Source of the DNA: Monocercomonoides exilis PA203
Taxonomy: Eukaryota; Protista; Preaxostyla
Direction of reading: 5' to 3'
Assembly (NCBI GenBank): GCA_001643675.2
Contig: LSRY02000017.1
Location: 1,550,001 to 1,614,000, forward strand
Length of the DNA: 64,000 bases
Made by a program: the position numbers and the translations under genes. Below the pieces are notes generated by a model. The model was not told where the DNA came from, did no database searches, and worked only from the letters and a program-made list of their open reading frames with translations. This document shows, piece by piece, positions 11,901-22,392 of this stretch; within the stretch, counting starts at the first letter, position 1, and each line of letters begins with the position of its first letter.

Positions 11901-13734
11901 TATTTCGCAGAACACTCTGTTTGGGTGCCTCATTTTTTCTTTTGCAAAAAAGTTGATGAATCCTGTGTAAATTGAAGCATTGTTGATAATCACATAATTA
12001 GAAAAACCTAAACTGCTTGACGACAAAGTGCCGCATTTCAAACATTTCTTGAAAATTGACCCATCTACGCTCGTCAATTGTTTGTCAACCAAATCGTCTT
12101 TCAAAAGCATTTCCATTAAATGATCAAATGCTTCACAAACATTTTGCTGCTGTCTTTTGCCTCGCGAAAACGAAATGTCCCACTTATCAATTAATTCTGA
12201 TGTCCAAGATGAAATAGGTGAGTGATTGCAAATGAGCTCATTGCAAACGTTTATCAACTCCGCAGAAATTCCACTTCTCACGTTGTTATTTTCCTTTATT
12301 ATACCGGAATGCATAACTGTTGATAAACATTGAAGAATAGATGAAAGGTAACAAGTGTTCCCTAAATTCCTAAGCCCCAACCTTTTGGTGATGAAATTAT
12401 CGCTATTAACAATTGCCTGCTCTTTGATTGCAATTGATTTATTAGTTTTTATTCCACAATTTTCGTTCCTTTCTTTTGTTTCTTTTTCTTCTTTGCTGAT
12501 ATTTGAGTTCGTTGAATCAAAACACATTTCGCTCCGAAAACAGGTTTTATTATCTTGTATTGATTCAGTGTTTTTCGTGAACTTTTGAATAAGAATTGGT
12601 GAGACGAATGAAGACGTTGATGCAGGATTGAAATATCTTTCTTCTTGAACATCGTGATGAAGCATTAATTTTGAACTGGACGAATCCGTACTAATTAAAT
12701 GATCTAATTTTTTGATTTCTAATGTCCGAGCATTTTGATGTTTCAAATTCTTTTCTAAAAAATATCGAAGTTCATGAGGCTTCACAAGTGTAGGCGAAGG
12801 AGGAGCATGAAGAAGATTTCCGTCATCAAAATTTTGGTTCTTGACTGATAAATTGCTGGATGTTGAGGATTTTCTGTTGACATTTTTTGACTGATCAGTC
12901 AATGAGTTAACATGTTGATGCAGTTTATTATCTTTAATGTGAGCGACATGACGATCTATTTCCGATTTCGTAATGTTAATATGTAATTTGGGTTTCAAAT
13001 TGAGTTCCGGCTTTATCTTTATTTCTTTATTCCATATTTCTTCGTCCAAGCTCTCTTCATAATTTTCATATTTTTGCTTTTTCTTTTTCGTAATTGATGA
13101 TGAAATTTCTGATGAATGGTTTTTCATCCATTCATTCCCCACGCACCAATCTGAATAATTCAAGCCTTTAGAAAATAAAAATCAGACACAAACATAGAAA
13201 TGAAATGAATGAAAACCAAATACCTTTTCGACATGAAGGAATTTTTGGAGGTATGGGGATTTTTATTTCGTCTCGGTTTTTTTTTCTTGTTTGCTTTGCA
13301 TGATTTATTTTTCCTTGGGTCACGTCATACCCAAATGAAAGCAAACGATCGCAATTGTGATGTTTTGATAAAGCTTGCAACATTGTCGTTTGAGTGTGAA
13401 CTGGGGCATTATTGTAGGCTGTTGCTAGCTCTTCAAGAAGTTCATGATACTCTCCTATTTTCACGTTTGCATTTAATAAAAATAAAAACAAATCATTATT
13501 AAAGTGCATATAAATGAATTTTTACATAACTTTGAAATCAAAAAAATAAAGAACCACACCATTTATCCTCTTTTTCACTTCTTCCGCAAAAGATGCTGCG
13601 CGGCGGTACCTTGTGAGGATATACAGCAACAGTTCCACCTTGTCTTTTCCCCCAATGCGCTCAACCTCTTCCCACAAAACATCTGCTCTTGAATGAAGAG
13701 TTGATCGTTGAAGATTTGATGTTGAAAAATTCAT
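8901..13734 (-). CDS. Sola-like (Sola2-type motifs) DDD transposase with an in-frame USP/C19 peptidase domain; exons 13734-13560, 13454-13224, 13165-8901 (~1556 aa)
   Basis: Two GT..AG introns join the exons in frame. N-terminal 'LATAYNNA..TQTTMLQALS..L..VT..KINHAK'. Core motifs 'LWKDF..IKLSLSYFYKL..DMCGYC', 'VFDFKEKW..VQLQQEFY..QISQF', 'FFCDSGPHNRN' and 'FFAEHHGKNVCDGEFG'. USP Cys box GLRNLGNTCYLSSILQCL, CxxC pairs, His box GHYISFV..WTICND. Cys-rich C-terminus. Confidence 0.85.
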
Positions 13735-15049
13735 TATGATTGCAACCTTCTTATGGGATAAAAGATTTTTTTCTTTGAAGAAAAGCAAAAAGATAATGTA
13801 TTAATATCCCCTTTAAATTAATTAAAACAAATTCTGCTTTGAAAATTTTATAAAATATAATATTCGCATTCAACTGAGGAAGCAGTACAATTGAAATGCA
13901 TTTTTCTGATTTAGACAATCATAAATCTACACAGAGTAATTATTATTCAATAACAATGAACGTAAATGAATATTTGTTCTTTCAGAAGGATTAATGAAAT
14001 CGTTAGCTGGAGAAGTAATTGGAAGTAGTTTTTGACATGAAAGGATGATTTCACACTACACTCCACGGGGACAGTGGATAAAAGAAGTTCATTCTCTTGA
14101 ATCACTTTTTGAAAACATTCTCTCCAAAAAAAAAAGTTGATGAAAAAAAAAAGAAATTAGAGGATGAGAAATTTTTGAGTGAAAGACATGAAACTGTGAT
14201 ATTTCAAAAAAAGTCATATGCTCTGCTTGAAGAAGGAAGAACGCGATTATTGAAAAGAGGAATTTTCTACGATCTGTTTCGAATGGAACTAGGATTAGGA
14301 AAAGGATTCAAATGCTTCGTGAGTATTTGTTCACCTCTCTTGAAATATAAACGCAAATAGCATCTGCCGACAGAACTCTCAACGCAAAAGCACGCTTCGA
14401 AAATGGAGAAGCAGAATATGCTGGAAGTTGTTTGAAGGTAGGCTCTCGGATTATCTGACTATTACGCATGACAAGATCTGCACACGGCCATATGAGCGGT
14501 CGTGTGAAATCAGGGATATGAAGATTGCAAGAATGAGGTCTAACTGACAAAGTAATTTTGGGGGCAGCATCCATTTTTGCCACATGAAGAGCACAATAAA
14601 CAGTTGTCTCCAGAATATGCGTTGTTCAAAAGAATTCCCACAGCTTCTTTCGGCACAAAAAGCGTCCACAACTTGTGCAAACAGGAAAACTATCTCCTGA
14701 GACATGCATTTTCCTGTCGGACAATTTGCAAATGTTTCTTCATCCACTTCATCATTGTCACTTCCGTTCCTTTTTCCATCTTCGATCTTTTTTGATGATG
14801 AAAAAAGAAATGATTACTTTTATTTTGATTCTGCTGCTAATATTCCCCTCGTTTCAATTGGTGTTGGAGACGAAGAGAAGAAGATCGTATGTTTCTTATC
14901 TTCGGTTTTTGCTTCCACTTAATTGAGAAAAGGAAGCTTCTTCAGATCCTCAGAAAATGTCACCTCTTTTGTTGCATTCAAAATGTTACAACAATGGATA
15001 TGATTCATTGTTATTATCATATCCTTCTTCCTTGACTTCTAATTTTCGC

Positions 15050-15300
15050 TTTTTTCCTTTTCCTCTTCCTCTTCCTCTTCCTCTTCCTCTTCCTCTTCCT
15101 CTTCCTCTTCCTCTTCCTCTTCCTTTTCCTTTTCCTTTTCCTTTTCCTCTTCCTTTTCCTCTTCCTTTTCCTTTTCCTTTTCCTCTTCCTCTTCCTCTTC
15201 CTTCTCAAAATTCTTCTTCTTCTTCTCTTCCTTCTCAAAATTCTTCTTCTTCCTTCTCCTTCTTCTTCTCCTCCTCCTCCTCTTCTTCTTCTTCTTATGA
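15050..15300 (+). repeat. (CCTCTT)n/(CCTTTT)n and (TCT)n polypyrimidine microsatellite
   Basis: Hexamer and trimer arrays visible directly. Confidence 0.95.
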
Positions 15301-15385
15301 AACCATCTCCTCTTCTCTCTTCTCCTCCAAAAAATCCACTCTTGCGCACTCTTGCTCTAAATGGTAAATCGAAAGTTCTGTTTTA

Positions 15386-17215
15386 TTAGTTGAAAAGGCA
15401 GGTATGATAAAGAGACTGGATGTCTGCCGAAGCAACATCCACAGTTGCTTCAAGCTCTGCTTTCTTTCTGCTGATGATTTGGAATGGATCTTTGTCTTTT
15501 GAGAAGGTGAAAAAGAAGAAGAAGATAGATAGAACTGGCTCAGAGAACAATGGTTTTGAGACGTTCATATCTTTGATCACCACACCAACCATCGACAGCT
15601 GTGACAGCGGCACCACAAACACTGACGACGACATCACACAGTTTCCTGTTTTGCTCGTGGTGATCACAACATCCTCCAATGAGAGTAACACACTCCCATC
15701 AGACACCACAACCACACTCGGTGCAGTACCTGTTGTTGAATTACAATCAACCTTCAACCGACTCATCTCCAGATGACCAGTCGTAACACTGAACAGTGCT
15801 CCTGATGATGAAAGTGCCCCTGTTCCAATCGAACATGTTTCCCTTCCTTTCCCAATTACTGAAATCTTCTTTGTCCCAATAGCAATTGTTGTCACCTCGC
15901 TTTTGTGATTCCCTTCCATCAGCGTGAATGACAAGCTTATCTGCACCTCACACATCTCAAACGCCTTCTTCACTGTCAGACAAGGAAATGTTTCATTTGT
16001 CCCACACAGTTCATATCCATCACTCCCATTCACAGAAACATATAACGTTTTATCTTTCAGCCAATCCTTCTTTTCCGTATGCTGATATGCCCAACTCCCC
16101 GAATTCGATGCATTGTATCCGTAGCACACTTTCTTGTCATCTGTGTTTGTGGTGTAACATTCTTTGAACGGATTATTTTGGGATAAATAGAGATTATTTT
16201 GATCATAATACATCATATCGTGCCCAAATGGATTGGCTGCATTTCTGCATTTGCATTCATGAAAAAATAAGAAATAAAAATAATATCCATCTTTTGGCGC
16301 TGTTGTCATACGTGGATCCGCACTCAATCCTCCCCCATTTGACGATGCATTGCATGAAATAAACTGAATGCTCCTTATCTTGACTTGAACAGGAACATTA
16401 TAACAACGCATTCCCCCACCATCATTTCCAGTAACCGAGCATGAAGTGAAACTGCAGTCAAACACACACGCACTCTCCCCTCCTTCATTTTCTGTTGAAA
16501 TGCATCTTGTCCCTGAAATATTAAAATTATCTAATTTCAACCCTCCTCCATAATCAATCGCTTGACAGTTTTTGAACTCGCATCCACTAATCCGAACACA
16601 CGATGAAATTGCATAAATGCACATTCCTCCTCCTCTATTAGTTTTTGTGGAACAAGAGTTGAACGTATTGTTTTCAATTTCAACCGATTTAATATTTGCA
16701 CACATAACCCCCCCTCCATCCCAATAAGCATTGCAATCATTGAATGAGCAGTGCTTAATGGAAACAGTGGCATTTGATTGGCCATACGTGCAGATGGCCC
16801 CTCCACTTGATATCCCATCAGTGTATGAATTTTCTGTTCCTGTTGTATTTGATCCATTCCATTCGCACCAAGTGAATGTATTCGTTCCATTTTCTGTTTC
16901 GTTTTGTCTCCCTGGAGACAACTTTCCATCTGCATTTCCTTCACATTTCACATTCCTTGTCCTGCAACACCCAATGAATGATGTGTTTGAGGCTGTCAAG
17001 GAGGCCAAGAGATTGTTCAGAGAAGGAACAATCCCTCCATCATATGCATCACAAATTGATGAAAATGAGCAGCTGTTCATCAGACATGAGGTTTGGGTTG
17101 ACGTAGTGGTTGAAGGTGAACATGCCTCATTTGCTGTTGAGACGTTGAAAAATGATAATTTGGAGAGTGAAACAAATGGCATCGAGGGAGTTGAGAGGAA
17201 TGGAGTTTGACTCAC
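15386..17215 (-). pseudogene. Truncated fragment of a right-handed beta-helix (pectin-lyase/Pmp-like GG-repeat) surface-protein gene
   Basis: Repeating 'CSFxxCxAxxxGGG(M/L)' units and 'LYVSVNGSD..CG..PCLTV..A'. No clear N-terminal signal segment. The coherent frame breaks at a TCT tract (~15510-15530) and continues into unrelated sequence. Confidence 0.7.
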
Positions 17216-18323
17216 TCACTGAAACACTTCCTTCTTTGTCTCCTTCTCTTTCCCTTGCTCTTGTTGCAATAAAACAATATATCCTAATGTGGCCGTATCC
17301 CTTTTCCTATTTCTTCTGCCCCTTCTTCATCGTCTGCTTTCCCCATATCCCTTTTTCTTCTGTTGTAATCTTCTGCTCGTTTTCAAAAATACATTTTCTT
17401 TCATTGCTTTTGAATGTTCGCGCAAAAGCCCCTATTATTATTTTTATAAAATATTCAATAATACAAAAATAAAAATACAAAAATACAAAAAAAAATAATT
17501 AAAAGATATGTATATCAAAAATATTAAAAATATAATATGAAATATGAAAAACTCTGTACCATCTTCTTTTTGAAATCTTCCGCTTCACCTTTCGCCTCTT
17601 CCTCTTTTTCTCCTCAAATTCAAATCAAATATCTTCTTCAACCATTTCTTCAATTTTCTGATTTTTCTTTTATCACATCTCCTTCTTTTCAAATCATTGC
17701 AAAGATCATTAATTCCCTCCTCTTCCATCAATTTCGTTTATTTCCTCTTGCTCATTCATCTATATACCCTTTATTCGTCTCCTTCTGCAATCTTTTTGCA
17801 ATGCATGTGCTTGTATTCGCATTATCCCAGCGATAATCATAATACCTGAATAATGTAATGAAAACAAGAAAATATTTTACCATCCTAAAAAATAAAATGA
17901 TGAGATTTCAAAAAATTAAAAAAACGAAGAGAGAAAGAAAAGATGAAAGAAAGAAAGAATAATATTGCACACATCCAAAATATGCATTAATTTTGGAGCA
18001 TCTTTTTCAACTCATCAAATCGAGAATCTTCTTCGACGTCTTCCGTTATTCCCTCATTTCCCCCATCACAATCTCGCAACCCTCTCTTCTCTTTTCACCT
18101 TATTCAATCCATCCCTTCATCTTCTGCAGCATGCCCTCCTTCTCCCTCTTCCGTTTTCCTCTCAAATCTTTCTGAAGTCTCCGAAAATACCAGCAGATAA
18201 AGTTATAATCCTAACTATTTCCGAAGTTACGCCAAAAAGCTTCTCTTGTTCATGTTTCTGCTTCTCTCTCCTCAATCTCTCTTCAAAACAGTCTCCATTT
18301 ATGCTTTTCTACTCCTTCCTATG

Positions 18324-18430
18324 CCTCGTCTTCCTCGTCTGTCTCGTCTTCCTTGTCTTCCTCGTCTGTCTCGTCTTCCTTGTCTTCCTCGTCTTCCTCG
18401 TCTTCCTCGTCTTCCTCGTCTTCCTCTTCT
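18324..18430 (+). repeat. (CCTCGTCTT)n 9-mer tandem repeat within a pyrimidine-rich tract
   Basis: Directly visible. Confidence 0.9.
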
Positions 18431-18907
18431 ATTTCCTCTTATTCCTATTTTTCTTCATCTTCTTCCTCTCTCCTTCCTCTCTTCTCTCTTTCTTTTCTTT
18501 TCTTATTCTTTTATTTTTCTCTCCTTTTCTTCTCTTTCTCTTTTAATTCTTTCCTCTTATTCTTTCTCTCTTCCTCATTCAAATTATCATCTAACTTCTC
18601 TTTCAACTGCTGAAAATCAATCAAATTCTGATTTTCATTCAAAATCTCTTCTTTCTTCCATTCAACAACAAAAAGATGAAAAAGATTCAATGAAACAATT
18701 AAAGAAACAGTAGCTATTTTAATCATAAAAATTATTTTTTGTAAAGATCTTTTGATTTTTGTTTTGATATTTCTTTATTTGTTTCAACATAAGTTCTGAA
18801 AATTATGACGAGTGATTAATTGAACTTTTTTTAATATATTGGCTTTAACATAATATTGATAACTTTCCATTATAATTTCATTTTCTGGAGATTTTATTTT
18901 TTTTATC

Positions 18908-20992
18908 ATGTTTAGCACAACTAAAGTACATCGCAGCACGCGCAAAAGACTAATAAAATCGGAAGCAATATATATTGCTAACATTTTTAAAAAAATGCCT
19001 TACGAGCGCGCTGTTTTGTTATTTAAAGCTTTTGTGCTTGATGAAGAATTTGGAAATCTTCTTTTCCGCGTTTTTATTAAATCGTGTTACTGTTTGCATA
19101 TTTCTTTTTGATTTTCTTTTATAACTTATTTTATTTTTATTATCGATAATGACATTTTTATACTATTCATTTTTAACAAATAAAAAATGCGAATTTTATT
19201 CATATTCATTAGCTCAAGTTATCAAAATTATTTGTGAAGTGGAAAAAACAATGCAAAAGAAAAATTCAACATTTACATTTCCCTCTTCTTCTTCTTCTTC
19301 TTCTTTTTCTTTGTCTCCTTCTTCCTCAACATCTTCATCTCCATCCACCACAAAAAAAGCTTCTTCCTCTTCTTTTTCTTCCTTTTCCTCTTCCTCTGCA
19401 TCTGACCCTGCCTCTCTCTATTCTTCTGCCTCGATCTCTGCTCGTATTCCTGCCCTGATGCCTATCGAAAGTACATTCCATTTCCCTTCTGTTGAGCAAA
19501 ACGCCCAGTCATCCACATTCTCTTTGTATTCTGCTGATTCACTGCTTGCTTCTGGCACCACTGCTGATAATGCCACCTCGAGTGATGCTTCTGAACAGTC
19601 AGCACAGCCACCCCAGTCATCTGCACATGCTACTGCACCTGCATCATCATCATCTGCTGCTGCTACTACCACTACATCTTCTATTTCTTCTGCTTCATCA
19701 TCATCTTCTTCCTCTTCATTTTCTCCTTCATTTATTACATCAATGCAGAATTTACTAACTCAACATCAACAGCAACAGCAACAACCTTCTCTTCAAATTT
19801 CCACAAACATATTCAAAGAAAGTGAAGAAAATGATTCTTTTTCATTTACACATCATATCAATGATTTTTGTATTTCTTTTGAAGCCACTTCTTCATTTCA
19901 CATAAATAAAAAAGAAGCAAAGAAATGCAAAAAACATTCGACTTTTTCATCCAAAATTACTAAACAATCAAAAAAGCAAAATTCTTCTTCATCTTCTTCT
20001 TCTTCATTATCTTCGAAAGTTAATTCAAGATCCTGCGTTGTCATGCTTCTTTCTTCACAAAGAGGATTGAAAAACAATGGCAGTGTGTGCTCTCTTTCTG
20101 CCATTTGTCAATGCATGGCTTCTCTTGATGTTAAATTTATAAACATTTCTAAAATGAACAGTATGCAAAAAACATTCATGCAGCTGTTTCATCTTCTTCG
20201 AATCTCTTCGTTTAATTTTAATGTGTGGGATGGAGGTCAGATTAATAAATTTTACGACACTTATCTTGGAGGGAAGAATCAGCCAAAAGAACTGTCTGTT
20301 GTTTTTGAAAGACTTCTCAAAGTTCTTTCCAAAAATTGTGATGAAATAAACGATATGTTTTCTATCATTTCACAAAATGTTTTAATGTGTGTTCATTGTA
20401 ATGATTACTCCATTTCAAAAAGGGATGATCAGTTTTTTGTTACAATTAGAGGATCAGATGTTGTTTCTGTCTTCAAGATTTATTAACTTGTAATTCTTTT
20501 TTAGTTGAGAAGAGAGAAGGAGAGTGTGTATCATGTCACAAAGATAGACAATTTTTGAAATATGTTCGTTTTTTGTATTTTCCAAAAGTGTTAAGTGTTT
20601 TATTCAACGTTGGTGATTTTTTCACTGTTACAGCTCCTCCTCTTACTATTCATTTTGTTGATTCAGGGTTAGGGCCTGAGGATTTAAAAATATTTGATCC
20701 AAAGGCTTCCTCTGAAGATTCATTTTTTGCTTCTGGTTCTATTGATGATGTTGTTGTTTATGAATTTGTTGGATGTGTTATTCATTCAAGTGTTCTTTAT
20801 GAGCAAGGGCATTTTTTGGCCATTGTGAAAGAAGATGTTTCTAAACCTAGTTCCATTTCAAAGTTTATTGAGTGTAATGATCATATTGTTTCAGAAATTA
20901 TTCCTGAAAAATGGAATGATTATTGGAATCATCTCGCTTTGGAAAATTTCCATCCTTCCATTTGTTTTTTCAAAAAAATAGAAATATCATAA
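18908..20992 (+). CDS. Second transposon-borne USP/C19 deubiquitinase-like gene (intron ~19092-19212; frame break at ~20470-20505, possibly a pseudogene)
   Basis: Cys box RGLKNNGSVCSLSAICQCM, CVHC...CVSC, FPKVLSV, YEFVGCVIH, QGHFLAIVK, FIECND. Long Ser-rich linker. Confidence 0.75.
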
Positions 20993-21744
20993 TTCTTTTC
21001 ATTTTTTTTTTTGATTTTTATTTTTGAGAATTTTCTCAATTGCAAAAAAACAAATTTAACTTTTCTATTCATTTTTTTTCTTTTTTGTTTTTTTTCATAT
21101 CATAATAATAAATCATTGTTGGAAATTTTTTCATAACTTTTTTTTGAAAAAATGATAATTCAAAATTGAATGATAATCCAATTACTGTGAATAATTGTAT
21201 GTTAATTATTTTTTCCTTGAGTAACAACAATATAAGTCTATCAGTTATTTTCAAAAAATATTTCCTTCAAAGAGAACTAATATGAAAGATAAATCGATTT
21301 TTAATGAATAAACTTTTTTTAACTTAAAAAATCTTTATCTCTGAAAGAAAAAAGAATAAATAAATAAATAATGTCAAATTTTATTCTTTAATAAACATCG
21401 TTTGAAAAACATTTAATGATAAAAAAATTAGTTAACCATTCTTTTAGGAAAAAAATATTTTATTGTTCTTTTTTTATAAAAAATGAATCATTCAAAAATG
21501 TTCAGGAAAAATATATTTAACTGAAAAACAATGCAAAAAGGATATTTTGTTGATATTTTTGTATATTTTCGAAAAACAATTAATCCTTTTCAAAAAAATT
21601 GATTGATCACAACAGCCCATAATTTTATTTTTTTTCAATTTTTGATCTTTTTTTATGACATCAAAAAAAATCACCCATATCAACGGTTGTTGAGATAATG
21701 CAACTGTCCACAGTTTTTGAAAGTGTCCACAATTATAAACACTT

Positions 21745-21985
21745 GTCTAAATTTTTTTGAAAAGTTCCTTTTGTTTGATTTTCATAGAAAATAAAAAATT
21801 TTATATTTCGATCAAATTTCTGTTCCCACTCACCAAAATTCACCAGCTAAGAAATATTAACATTGCCATGAATTTGTTTCAATAACAGCAAAATTTAGCA
21901 AGTGTTAATAAAAAACTGATCGAAATAAATAATTTTTGTTTTCTTTGAAAATAAAACAAAAGGAACTTTTCAAAAAAATTTTGAC
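21745..21985. mobile_element. 241-bp MITE inserted in the right TIR of the large element
   Basis: ~70-bp TIRs GTC(T/A)AAATTTTTTTGAAAAGTTCCTTTTGTTT... and a perfect 4-bp TSD ACTT (21741-21744 and 21986-21989). Confidence 0.9.
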
Positions 21986-22392
21986 ACTTACTATTATATG
22001 AATCAAAATGGAAAAGGATTTAAAAGTGATAAAATTTTTTCGAAACAAACTTTGAATTCACAAAAATAATTTTTATAATAAGATGGAATGTTGAAGTGCA
22101 TTGTCATGCTCATTCGTTTATGCAAAAAAACAATTTAATTTTTTATAACAGATGCCTTTATAACTTTTGGAATTATTTTCCATAAGAATATTCGAAAAAC
22201 TTAACTGAAACAATCATAATTTGTTGTTTCTATTCATAATTTTTTTCTTTTGATATGCAATTATTGAAAAATCTTTTTTAAATATTTTCTGATGTGAAAA
22301 ATTTCTCAAAATGAACTCTACCCATAAATACTGTTTTTCAATGTCATTAAATTTTGTATTGGGTACATTCATAAATTGGATTTTGAGTTGAA

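Larger units (their letters stand above)
5957..21991. mobile_element. ~16 kb TIR DNA transposon, Sola-like, carrying two USP deubiquitinase modules
   Basis: Left TIR 5957-6025 plus 6540-6569 pairs with right TIR 21648-21744 plus 21990-21991 (59/69 and 29/30 identity, ungapped once nested inserts are removed). Flanks are TATG (5953-5956) and TATT (21992-21995). The element contains a DDD transposase gene. Confidence 0.85.

Noticed and set aside
14957-15367. Poly-PL and poly-KR ORFs
   Set aside because: Translations of the (CCTCTT)n microsatellite.
17965-18726. Overlapping FLV/PRL/poly-S ORFs
   Set aside because: Translations of a 9-mer repeat and pyrimidine tract; no domain.
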